Part shown: positions 16,245-25,507 of the stretch, piece after piece
Layout: every line of letters begins with the position of its first letter
How positions within the stretch are numbered: the stretch's first letter is position 1
Assembly: GCA_963676105.1 (NCBI GenBank)
Contig: OY781039.1
Span: 630,001 to 662,000 of the forward strand
Source: Erysipelotrichaceae bacterium
GTDB taxonomy: Bacteria; Bacillota_I; Bacilli_A; Erysipelotrichales; Erysipelotrichaceae
Direction: 5' to 3'
Length of the DNA: 32,000 bases
Position numbers and translations under genes: made by a program
The notes under the pieces: generated by a model
The model's input: the letters and a program-made list of their open reading frames with translations, nothing else
What the model was told of the DNA's origin: nothing
Database searches by the model: none

Positions 16245-16957
16245 TGATAAATTTAGATAGACGCTCCAAAGTCAGCGTATCCGTACAAATCGAAATCGCT
16301 TTAAGAAAAGCCATCTATAATCACATGTATGCGAATGCATCCCTTTTACCACGTATTCCTGATATGGCAAAAGAACTAGATGTTAAAGAAAACGATGTTT
16401 TAAGTGCATATCGAAAATTAAAGGGTGAAAGATTACTAAAACAAGAAGGTGAAGACTTTATAATCCAAAAAGTCTTTGTCCCAACCTATATGTTTGATGA
16501 TTTAGTTTCATTAGTCGACATGATTAAAGAAATCGGTTTAGAGCCCAGTATTGAAACACTCAGTGTAGACATCATAAAAACACCTAAAACACTTGAAGAT
16601 CAAATCGATGATAAAAAAGTAATTTACGCAAGACGTATTTATAAAGGTAATGATCGTCCACTTTTCTATTTAGATATCTATCTCAATATTAAGTTTGAAG
16701 CGATTATCGATAGCTTAAAAAACAATGATCCGTATTATTATGAACTGTATCAAATGACTAAACTCGATCATTCAACACGCTCATTTGAAGCTATGAATGC
16801 AGCTAAAGATATTGCGGCTTATTTAAATATCCCAGACAACTCTCCAATCGTATATTCAAAAATTCAAAGTTTTGATGAAGATAACCAATGGTTTGAATAT
16901 ATTGAGTCGTATAATTTAGTTGAAGTTCAACACTTTGTCTATGAAACACAAAAATAG
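16241..16957 (+). CDS. Second, divergent GntR/HutC-like regulator paralog
   Basis: VSVQIEIALRKAI...LPRIPDMAKELDVKENDVLSAYRKLKGERLL plus a UTRA-sized C-terminus. Start overlaps the upstream stop (ATGA). SD AGGAAAAG. Confidence 0.65.
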   Translation: MMINLDRRSKVSVSVQIEIALRKAIYNHMYANASLLPRIPDMAKELDVKENDVLSAYRKLKGERLLKQEGEDFIIQKVFVPTYMFDDLVSLVDMIKEIGLEPSIETLSVDIIKTPKTLEDQIDDKKVIYARRIYKGNDRPLFYLDIYLNIKFEAIIDSLKNNDPYYYELYQMTKLDHSTRSFEAMNAAKDIAAYLNIPDNSPIVYSKIQSFDEDNQWFEYIESYNLVEVQHFVYETQK

Positions 16958-16976
16958 GTCTAAGAACCTATTTTTT
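16951..16976. terminator. Bidirectional terminator shared by the GntR pair and the convergent 245-aa gene
   Basis: AAAATAGGT-ctaaga-ACCTATTTT. Contains the TAG stop (16955-16957) and abuts the TAA stop of the minus-strand gene. Confidence 0.75.
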
Positions 16977-17712
16977 AAAGTGGTAAATAAGAAATAATAA
17001 GTCCACCAATCAATAAACTAGCTAAATTGGCAATAAAGGCATAGAGCACTGCCCTTCTTTTACGATGTTCTTTTAATAAGAAGGCAAATAAAATCATTTC
17101 AAGTGCACCAATAATGATTTCTAAGAAAGCATAAACAAATATCCAATAACTATAATTAATCGATCCGCTAATACTAATATTTAAAAAACCTTGGGTGATT
17201 AAGTTTATAAATAAAAATGTTAACCAACTCCGTTTTGTTTTATACCTAAAAAACAGAAAGATTAAGCCTTCAATTATCAAAGTTAGTAACACACGTAGGC
17301 TAATGAGTAATGGTTGACGCCAAGCATTTTCACCATAAGTAATTGCTTGTTTTTCTAAATCTAATGTTAGAAGATTGTTGTACATTGAAAACTCATTCCA
17401 AGGTAGATCAATTTGATAAGTCTTATCCCCTGTTTGTACTTGTAGATAGCCATGCACATTTTCGTATACATCATCACTTTCATAGCTGTGATAGAAGAAA
17501 CGATAATAATTTTCCCAAGCCTTTGTGTAAGAATCTAATAGGATAGGCTTATCATAGACATTTTCATCAAGGATTAATGATAGTTTTAAATCTTCAGGTG
17601 CATTGTTTACAATCACTGTAAACATCGGTGGTTCTGATGAATTTGCAGATATATTAAAAGTACTTAGTAGAACTAATAAAACAGTAACAAATACGAATCG
17701 GAAACTTTTCAT
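16975..17712 (-). CDS. Exported/membrane protein of unknown function (signal peptide, extracytoplasmic domain, 4-TM C-terminus)
   Basis: MKSFRFVFVTVLLVLLSTFNISANS signal, an aromatic-rich domain of about 125 aa, then TM helices with intramembrane acidic residues (LIIEGLIF, FLEIIIGALEM). SD GAAGGGTGG. Confidence 0.55.
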   Translation of the reverse strand: MKSFRFVFVTVLLVLLSTFNISANSSEPPMFTVIVNNAPEDLKLSLILDENVYDKPILLDSYTKAWENYYRFFYHSYESDDVYENVHGYLQVQTGDKTYQIDLPWNEFSMYNNLLTLDLEKQAITYGENAWRQPLLISLRVLLTLIIEGLIFLFFRYKTKRSWLTFLFINLITQGFLNISISGSINYSYWIFVYAFLEIIIGALEMILFAFLLKEHRKRRAVLYAFIANLASLLIGGLIISYLPL

Positions 17713-17754
17713 AAGTTACCACCCTTCTACACTTAATTATAAATTAAAATTGGG

Positions 17755-17781
17755 TATAAAAAAGGTCCATGAGTATGGACC
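17755..17781 (-). terminator. Terminator of the infC-rpmI-rplT operon
   Basis: Minus strand GGTCCAT-actc-ATGGACC followed by T7. Confidence 0.85.
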
Positions 17782-17788
17782 AGTTTAA

Positions 17789-18157
17789 TTATTTCGCTGC
17801 TTTAGCAATTGCTTTTTTAGCGGATGTTACGACTGAAGCAAAACCTTTTTCGTCATGGATAGCCATTTCTGATAACATTTTACGGTTAACATTAATGTTC
17901 GCTAGCTTCATACCGTGCATGAGTTGTGAATAGCTGATTTCGTTCATACGAGCTGCAGCGTTAATACGTGCAATCCATAGACGACGCATGTCACGTTTAA
18001 CTTGACGTCTGTCACGATAAGCGTAAGCAAGTGAGTTCATCACTTGTTCATGAGCTGTACGGTATAGTAAGTGTTTCGCACCAAAGTAACCTTTGGCTAG
18101 TTTTAAGACCTTTTTGCGACGAGCGCGGGTTGTAAATGAATTTTTAACTCTTGGCAT
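17789..18157 (-). CDS. rplT: 50S ribosomal protein L20
   Basis: [28 protein letters not shown]... SD GGAGG. Confidence 0.97.
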   Translation of the reverse strand: MPRVKNSFTTRARRKKVLKLAKGYFGAKHLLYRTAHEQVMNSLAYAYRDRRQVKRDMRRLWIARINAAARMNEISYSQLMHGMKLANINVNRKMLSEMAIHDEKGFASVVTSAKKAIAKAAK

Positions 18158-18171
18158 TGTTAGTAGACCTC

Positions 18172-18366
18172 CTAATTATGAAGCATCAATTTGATGCGTT
18201 TGTAATCACTGGCACTAACCAATGTAGATTTACGTAAGTTACGTTTTTGTTTGTGGCTCTTGTTGGCCGCAAAGTGGGATACATAAGCATGACCACGTTT
18301 TAATTTACCGCTACCGGTTTTCTTAACACGTTTTGCCAATGCTTTTTTAGTTTTCATTTTAGGCAT
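18172..18366 (-). CDS. rpmI: 50S ribosomal protein L35
   Basis: [29 protein letters not shown]. 64 aa. Confidence 0.95.
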   Translation of the reverse strand: MPKMKTKKALAKRVKKTGSGKLKRGHAYVSHFAANKSHKQKRNLRKSTLVSASDYKRIKLMLHN

Positions 18367-18379
18367 ATTCGCTCTCCTC

Positions 18380-18904
18380 TTATTTTTTCTTTAAAGGGGT
18401 CAAAACCAAAGACATGGTACGACCTTCCATGGATGGGGCTTTATCGACACTCGCAAGATCCTTAACGGCTTCGACAAAATCATTCATGACTTTTTTACCA
18501 ACTTCAATACGTGTCATCATACGACCTTTAAATCGCATATCTAACTTAACTTTATGACCTTCTTCTAAGAATTCACGAGCTTTCTTAAGCTTAACTTCAA
18601 AGTCATGCTTATCGATTACCGGAGATAAACGAAGTGGTTTAAGTTCTTGTTGGTGTTGGTTTTTCTTAGCTTCTTTTGCTTTCTTTTGGTTTTCGAACTT
18701 GAAGCGTCCATAATCCAAAATCTTGCAGACTGGTGGGTTTCCTTGTGGGGCAACACAGAAGAGATCTAAGTCTTGATCGTAAGCAGCTTCTAGCGCATTA
18801 CGGCGAGACATAACTCCGAGTTGTTCTCCTTCAGGTCCAATCACTAATACTTCTTTAAATCGAATGTTTTCGTTGACGAGTTCGTCAGACTTGCGTTTTG
18901 ATAT
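18380..18904 (-). CDS. infC: Translation initiation factor IF-3, with a non-canonical ATA start
   Basis: The ORF-track GTG (18844) truncates the N-terminal domain. The frame stays open upstream through [33 protein letters not shown] at 18904-18902 lies 9 nt after GGAGG. Unusual AUU/AUA starts are the known autoregulatory feature of infC. Confidence 0.88.
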   Translation of the reverse strand: MSKRKSDELVNENIRFKEVLVIGPEGEQLGVMSRRNALEAAYDQDLDLFCVAPQGNPPVCKILDYGRFKFENQKKAKEAKKNQHQQELKPLRLSPVIDKHDFEVKLKKAREFLEEGHKVKLDMRFKGRMMTRIEVGKKVMNDFVEAVKDLASVDKAPSMEGRTMSLVLTPLKKK

Positions 18905-19054
18905 AAGGCATTTCCTCCATTTCGCAAAAAAGCGGATATCCTAGTAGATACCCGCTCATGTCAAATCACCTTTAAATAGATAACTGTGGCATTGACCCAT
19001 CGCTGTTCGCAATCGGGTGAGAAACGGGTGTTTCTACTTTCCTACATCTTTTGC
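18905..19054 (-). promoter_or_regulatory. L20-leader-like transcription attenuator upstream of infC
   Basis: Leader of about 150 nt ending in the terminator AGCGGGTATCC-tacta-GGATATCCGCT plus T6 (18925-18956), just before the infC SD. Position matches the Firmicutes L20-leader arrangement. Not checked against a covariance model. Confidence 0.55.
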
Positions 19055-19060
19055 TTGATA

Positions 19061-19089
19061 ACTATATCATTGAGACTTGTTGATGTCAA
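19061..19089 (-). promoter_or_regulatory. infC operon promoter (-35 TTGACA, 17 nt, -10 TATAGT)
   Basis: Minus strand: TTGACA at 19089-19084 and TATAGT at 19066-19061. Confidence 0.7.
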
Positions 19090-19091
19090 CA

Positions 19092-19385
19092 CTAATCCTT
19101 ATGGCTTTTCTTACGGCTTAAGGTTAAACCACCAAAGCCACTAATAATGGCCATATAGAAGCCTAAATCATAGAACCAACCGGTATTATAAATCTCATAG
19201 ATTTGAATGTTCTTATTAAATAATCCTAAGATTAAAGAAATTGGCGCAATCCAACCATGCCAAATTCCCCAAAAGAAACCTGCAGGATTTGATAAAGTAT
19301 AGGACCCATCACCTGGTACACAAGCCGTTAGTGAAAATAAGACGATTAAACTTATTATTAAAAGTTTTAAAGTTTTCTTTTGCAT
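19092..19385 (-). CDS. Small membrane lipoprotein (lipobox LTAC)
   Basis: MQKKTLKLLIISLIVLFSLTAC is a signal peptide with a lipobox, followed by two more hydrophobic helices. I prefer the ATG at 19385 because the ORF-track TTG at 19400 lies inside the TATAAT box (19397-19392). Confidence 0.6.
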   Translation of the reverse strand: MQKKTLKLLIISLIVLFSLTACVPGDGSYTLSNPAGFFWGIWHGWIAPISLILGLFNKNIQIYEIYNTGWFYDLGFYMAIISGFGGLTLSRKKSHKD

Positions 19386-19447
19386 AACTGTATTATACAA
19401 TAAACACTTTTACTTGCTGTAAAACAATAAATCGCTATAATACGAGT

Positions 19448-19636
19448 ATGAATAAAATACATATGGATTCATTTGGATTACTTGAACTTGTTAGAGAAAC
19501 AGGTATCGATGAGAAAATCATTAAAGATCTATTTACAGGTGTGATTCAATTATCTGATTTAGATCAAGAAGATTTTGAAAAACTCAAAGCTTTTTTAGAT
19601 GGAAATGAAGAAGAAATCCTGGATTTATTAAGCTAA
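19448..19636 (+). CDS. Small acidic protein (62 aa), unknown function
   Basis: Clean ORF with TATAAT (19436-19441) 6 nt upstream of the ATG and a terminator downstream. No family recognised. Confidence 0.45.
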   Translation: MNKIHMDSFGLLELVRETGIDEKIIKDLFTGVIQLSDLDQEDFEKLKAFLDGNEEEILDLLS

Positions 19637-19637
19637 T

Positions 19638-19675
19638 AAAGCTCTTTACCTTATAAGTATATGAGCTTTTATTGT
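19638..19675 (+). terminator. Probable terminator after the 62-aa ORF
   Basis: AAAGCTC...GAGCTTT outer stem with an imperfect interior, followed by a T-rich tract. Confidence 0.5.
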
Positions 19676-19709
19676 TTTATAATAAATCACTTAAGTGTTA
19701 TGGGTGTGT

Positions 19710-19718
19710 ATGCTATAA
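19710..19718 (+). promoter_or_regulatory. proS extended -10 promoter TGcTATAAT
   Basis: TG at 19710-19711 and TATAAT at 19713-19718. The leader carries SD AAGAAGG. Confidence 0.6.
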
Positions 19719-19745
19719 TTTTTAAAGTTATAAGAAGGTATGTTT

Positions 19746-21440
19746 ATGAAATTAAAGAACAGTTTTTTTTACACATTACGTGAGAACGTAAAAGATGAAG
19801 ATTCTGATAGTGGTAACTTACTCGTCAGAAGCGGAATGATCAAAAAAAGTTCAAGTGGTATTTATATGTATATGCCCCTTGGCTACAAAGTCTTAAAGAA
19901 GATTGAAAACATCATTCGTGAAGAAATGAATGCGACAGGTGCGCAAGAACTAATGATGCCATCAATGATCCCTGAAGAAGTGTATATCAACTCTGGACGT
20001 CGAGCTGGTTTTGGTAATTCTATGTTTTCTTTAAAGGATCGTTTTAATAAACCATTTGTCTTAGGTCCTACACATGAAGAACTCTTTTTAGATGCAGCTG
20101 CCTCAAAGATTCGTTCTTATAAAGATATGCCTTTTAATCTCTATCAATTCCAAAATAAATTTAGAGATGAACCACGTCCTCGTTTTGGTTTAATTCGTGT
20201 TCGTGAATTCATTATGAAAGATGCTTATTCTTTTGATACGGATTTAGATGGTCTACAAGTTTCATACGATAAAATGTTTGAAGCCTATAAGAAATCATTT
20301 GATCGTATGGGTATTGATTATAAAATTGTTACCGCTGACACTGGGGTAATGGGTGGTCTTCTATCTGAAGAATTCCAAGCTGTTACCGATATTGGTGAAG
20401 ATACTTTAGTTTTATGTGATAGTTGTGACTTCTCTTCTAATTTAGAAGTAGCTCAGTGTGTGAGTGAAGAACCATCAAGTTATGATGATCTAAAAGTGAT
20501 GGAAAAACTTCATACACCTAATGTTGGTAAGATTAAAGACTTAGTTGATACCTATCAAATTCCAGTCGAAAACATGACTAAATCCATGATTTATAAAATC
20601 GACGATGAGTTCGTCCTTGTCATGGTTAGATCAGATGATGAAATCAATGAAGTTAAACTCCAAAAATACTTTAATGCTCAATCAGTTGAATTGGCTGACA
20701 ATGAAGATGTGGTGAGATTAACAAATGCAAAGATTGGTTTTGCGGGTCCTTATCAAGCCCAAGTTAAAGTCATTGCCGATAATAAAGTTAAATTCATGCG
20801 TAATTACTTAATTGGTGCCAATGAATCAGATTATCACTATGTGAATGCTAATCATGAACGTGATTTTGAAATTTCTGCTTATACAGATCTTAGAGAAATT
20901 AAAGAAGGTGAACTTTGCCCTAAGTGTGGTAAAGGTCATATTGAATTCTCTAAAGGCATAGAGATTGGTAATACCTTTAAACTTGGTGATAAATACGCTA
21001 AAGCTTTAGGTTTAAACTACTTAGACAAAGATAATAAACTTCAACCAGTTGTGATGGGATCCTATGGAATTGGTCCAGGTAGATGTATGGCTGCCATAGT
21101 TGAACAAAATCACGATGACTATGGCATCATCTGGCCATCTAATATTGCGCCATTTCAAATTGCTTTAGTGATTATCAATACTAAAGTTGAAGCACAAGTG
21201 TCTGCCGCTAATAAAATATATGATGAACTCACTGCTTTAGGTTATGATGTCCTTCTTGATGATCGTGATGAGCGCGCAGGTGTTAAATTCAATGACATGG
21301 ATTTAATTGGTGTTCCAATGCAAATAACCTTTGGACGAGGTTTAGTGGATGGTGAAGTAGAACTTAAACTTCGAAAAGAAAATAACAAAACAAACGTAAA
21401 ACTTGAAAAACTTATCCAATTTGTTCAAGAAAACTTATAA
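19746..21440 (+). CDS. proS: Proline--tRNA ligase (bacterial type, with INS editing domain)
   Basis: Class II motifs (FRDEPRPRFGLIRVREF, GIEIGNTFKLG, GSYGIGPGR) and an insertion domain of about 170 aa. The ATG at 19746 is preferred because the SD abuts the ATG at 19740. Confidence 0.93.
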   Translation: MKLKNSFFYTLRENVKDEDSDSGNLLVRSGMIKKSSSGIYMYMPLGYKVLKKIENIIREEMNATGAQELMMPSMIPEEVYINSGRRAGFGNSMFSLKDRFNKPFVLGPTHEELFLDAAASKIRSYKDMPFNLYQFQNKFRDEPRPRFGLIRVREFIMKDAYSFDTDLDGLQVSYDKMFEAYKKSFDRMGIDYKIVTADTGVMGGLLSEEFQAVTDIGEDTLVLCDSCDFSSNLEVAQCVSEEPSSYDDLKVMEKLHTPNVGKIKDLVDTYQIPVENMTKSMIYKIDDEFVLVMVRSDDEINEVKLQKYFNAQSVELADNEDVVRLTNAKIGFAGPYQAQVKVIADNKVKFMRNYLIGANESDYHYVNANHERDFEISAYTDLREIKEGELCPKCGKGHIEFSKGIEIGNTFKLGDKYAKALGLNYLDKDNKLQPVVMGSYGIGPGRCMAAIVEQNHDDYGIIWPSNIAPFQIALVIINTKVEAQVSAANKIYDELTALGYDVLLDDRDERAGVKFNDMDLIGVPMQITFGRGLVDGEVELKLRKENNKTNVKLEKLIQFVQENL

Positions 21441-21445
21441 AACAA

Positions 21446-22961
<1,516 letters not shown>

Positions 22962-22987
22962 AGCGGAAATCACTTTCCGCTTTTTTG
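22962..22987 (+). terminator. Terminator of the GH1 gene
   Basis: AGCGGAAA-tcac-TTTCCGCT plus T6. The convergent RelE-family gene ends inside this hairpin. Confidence 0.8.
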
Positions 22988-23245
22988 ATAAACACTTTTA
23001 CGATGATCAATATTAACAAGTAAAATAATAAGCTCATGATCTTTTATTTCCGCAATAATTCGATAAACACCAACACGATATGACCATAGATGATTCATAT
23101 TGATTAATGCTTTACCATATTGTCTTGGATTATCTGTTTGATATAGATTCTTTTTAATATAACTGAAAATGAAAAACGTAATCTGTTGATCTAATTTCTT
23201 AAGTTGTTTGTTTGCCTTTTTACTAACGATGACTTTATAAGTCAT
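22970..23245 (-). CDS. Type II toxin, RelE/StbE (ParE/RelE superfamily)
   Basis: 91 aa. WSYRVGVYRIIAEIKDHELIILLVNIDHRKSVY is the typical RelE/StbE C-terminus. Overlaps the antitoxin gene by 11 nt. Confidence 0.8.
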   Translation of the reverse strand: MTYKVIVSKKANKQLKKLDQQITFFIFSYIKKNLYQTDNPRQYGKALINMNHLWSYRVGVYRIIAEIKDHELIILLVNIDHRKSVYQKSGK

Positions 23246-23459
23246 AGCCTAATTCTTTTGCTAGTTCTTCAAAGCTAATACAATCTTCTTCTTTCAAATC
23301 TTTTAATATGTCGATAGCCATTTTTGCGTCAAATTCATCTTCAATGTGTTCAATCGCTAAATCACGCATAAAACGAGACAACTCAATATTGTGTAGTTTT
23401 GCATATGATCGTATAAGTTCATCATCCTCTTTATTAACTCGTACAGATATAACTGGCAT
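23235..23459 (-). CDS. Type II antitoxin, ribbon-helix-helix (RelB/CopG-like)
   Basis: MPVISVRVNKEDDELIRSYAKLHNIELSRFMRD is an RHH N-terminus, with an acidic C-terminus. SD AGAGGTGA precedes the ATG at 23459. The ORF-track extension to 23525 would run through the promoter. Confidence 0.75.
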   Translation of the reverse strand: MPVISVRVNKEDDELIRSYAKLHNIELSRFMRDLAIEHIEDEFDAKMAIDILKDLKEEDCISFEELAKELGYDL

Positions 23460-23462
23460 AAG

Positions 23463-23525
23463 TTCACCTCTTTGTATGATATTGTCATACAGGTGAAGTT
23501 TAAACCCTTTCATAAACATTGTCAA
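23463..23525 (-). promoter_or_regulatory. Toxin-antitoxin promoter (-35 TTGACA, 17 nt, -10 TAAACT) with a nested inverted-repeat operator
   Basis: TTGACA at 23525-23520 and TAAACT at 23502-23497. IR GTATGA-n5-TCATAC (23474-23490) is nested within TTCACCT/AGGTGAA (23463-23469 and 23491-23497). The outer arm covers the SD. Confidence 0.6.
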
Positions 23526-23587
23526 AATCCTCCGATATTATTACTTTTATGAAAGAAATTTAAATATTCCTAAAAAAAGAAATTTTC

Positions 23588-25507
23588 CTAGATGGAAAAT
23601 CCCTTTTTCATTTGTTTCATTTTGCCTGGTTTTTTTGAAATTTCTTCAATTTCTTCAGGTTCAAATTGAGAGTTATAGAGTTTCGCATAGAAGCCATCAG
23701 CTGCTAAGAGTTCAGCATGATTACCTTTTTCAACAATATCACCATGATCCATAACTAAGATAAGATCTGCATTTTTAATCGTAGATAGACGATGCGCAAT
23801 AATAAAGCTTGTACGCCCTTCCATCAGTACATCCATGGCTTTTTGAATATGGACTTCAGTACGAGTATCAACAGAAGATGTCGCTTCATCTAAGATCAAT
23901 ACTTTAGGATCAGCTAAGATAGCACGAGCTATGGTTAATAATTGTTTTTGACCTTGAGAGATATTAGAGGAGTCTTCATTTAAGACCATGTCATAACCAT
24001 CAGGGAGAGTTTGAACAAAGTGATCAACTTGTGCCATTTTAGCGGCTTCATAAACTTGCTCATCACTCGCGTCTAGATTTCCATAACGAATGTTTTCTCT
24101 AATGTTTCCATGATATAACCATGTGTCTTGAAGCACCATACCAAAGACATGTCTTAGATCATTGCGTCTAAAGTCACGTAAATCATGACCATCTACAATA
24201 ATAGATCCTTCACTAACATCATAGAAACGCATTAGAAGTTTAACCATCGTCGTTTTACCAGCACCAGTTGGTCCAACAATCGCAATCTTTTGTCCTTTTT
24301 GAATATCCGCTTTGAAGTCATTAATAATGACTTGTTCAGGATTATAGCCAAATTTAACGTGGTCAAAGCTGACTTGTCCTTCTACATTTACTGCACTTGG
24401 ATAATCAATTGGATCTGCAATCATTTCTTCTTCTTCTAAAAGCTTAAAGATTTTCTCAGTTGCGGCTAGCGTTGTTTGAAGCATCGTTGATTGAGATGCC
24501 ATTTGCGCAATTGGTTGAGTAAAGCTTCTCATGTATTGAATAAATGATTGAATATTACCAATGGTAATGGTTCCCATGGAAGCATAATAGCCACCCATAA
24601 TACTGATTGCGACATAACCTAAATTACCAATACTGTTCATGAGAGGCATCATTAAGCCTGAGAAAAACTGTGATTTCCAAGCTGAATCATAAAGATCATC
24701 ATTGGCTTTATTGAAGACTTCAACAGCTTGTTTTTCTCCATTAAAGGCTTTTACTAAAATATGATTCCCAAACATCTCTTCAACTTGACCATTTACAGTT
24801 CCTAAACCCATTTGTTGAGCTTTGAAATATTTTTGTGAGAATTTAAAGATTAAACCAATCACACCCATTGACACAGGTAAAACTAGAATACCCACTAAAG
24901 ACATTTGCCAGTTGATGGAAAACATCATAATGAGGATACCTACAACGGATACCACTGAAGTAATTAATTGTGATAAACCTTGTTGAAGTGAGTTATTAAT
25001 CGCATCAACATCATTCGTGTAATGAGATAAGACTTCACCATAAGTATTCGTATCAAAGTATTTAAGTGGTAAACGATCCACTTTTTCGTGAATTCTTTTA
25101 CGTAAGTTATAAGTTACATCATTGGCCACACGCGTCATGATGAAACCTTGAATATAAGCAAGTGCCGCAGAAACTAAATACAAACCTAATAGGAATGCAA
25201 TAATATTTCCGATGGCTTCAAAGTCTATGCTTCCACTATTACTGATTTTTGCCATAATACCTTCAACTAAGATGGTTGTCGCATTCCCTAAAATTTTAGG
25301 GCCTAAAACGGTAAAGACTGTAGACGCAATCGCAAAGATAATGACTAAGATAATTCTAAATCGATAAGGTTTAAGTAATGAACCCAGTTTTTTAATACTA
25401 TCTTTTGTATTTTGGGGTTTTTCACCACCTTGTGAGCCCATAGGTCCATGACCCATGCCCATCCCCATTCGACGAGGTTGTTGTTTTTGATTCGGTTTTT
25501 GACTCAT
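23588..25507 (-). CDS. ABC exporter half-transporter (TMD-NBD), consensus-site subunit of a heterodimer
   Basis: 6 TM helices plus an NBD: Walker A GPTGAGKTT, Walker B LILDEATSSVD (catalytic E), H-loop AHR, but an atypical signature ISQGQ. 4-nt overlap with the upstream subunit. Confidence 0.9.
   Translation of the reverse strand: MSQKPNQKQQPRRMGMGMGHGPMGSQGGEKPQNTKDSIKKLGSLLKPYRFRIILVIIFAIASTVFTVLGPKILGNATTILVEGIMAKISNSGSIDFEAIGNIIAFLLGLYLVSAALAYIQGFIMTRVANDVTYNLRKRIHEKVDRLPLKYFDTNTYGEVLSHYTNDVDAINNSLQQGLSQLITSVVSVVGILIMMFSINWQMSLVGILVLPVSMGVIGLIFKFSQKYFKAQQMGLGTVNGQVEEMFGNHILVKAFNGEKQAVEVFNKANDDLYDSAWKSQFFSGLMMPLMNSIGNLGYVAISIMGGYYASMGTITIGNIQSFIQYMRSFTQPIAQMASQSTMLQTTLAATEKIFKLLEEEEMIADPIDYPSAVNVEGQVSFDHVKFGYNPEQVIINDFKADIQKGQKIAIVGPTGAGKTTMVKLLMRFYDVSEGSIIVDGHDLRDFRRNDLRHVFGMVLQDTWLYHGNIRENIRYGNLDASDEQVYEAAKMAQVDHFVQTLPDGYDMVLNEDSSNISQGQKQLLTIARAILADPKVLILDEATSSVDTRTEVHIQKAMDVLMEGRTSFIIAHRLSTIKNADLILVMDHGDIVEKGNHAELLAADGFYAKLYNSQFEPEEIEEISKKPGKMKQMKKGFSI

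Noticed and set aside
17343-17788. ORFs 17343-17546 (+) and 17603-17788 (+)
   Set aside because: Both are antisense to the 245-aa exported-protein gene. The second also runs through that gene's promoter/SD region and the rplT terminator.
19637-19745. T-box leader upstream of proS
   Set aside because: Only about 100 nt are available, mostly taken up by the upstream terminator and the TGcTATAAT promoter. There is no specifier loop, T-box consensus sequence or terminator/antiterminator pair.
23308-23496. 62-aa plus-strand ORF
   Set aside because: It is antisense to the RHH antitoxin gene and its operator. The Ser-rich off-frame translation has no signals.
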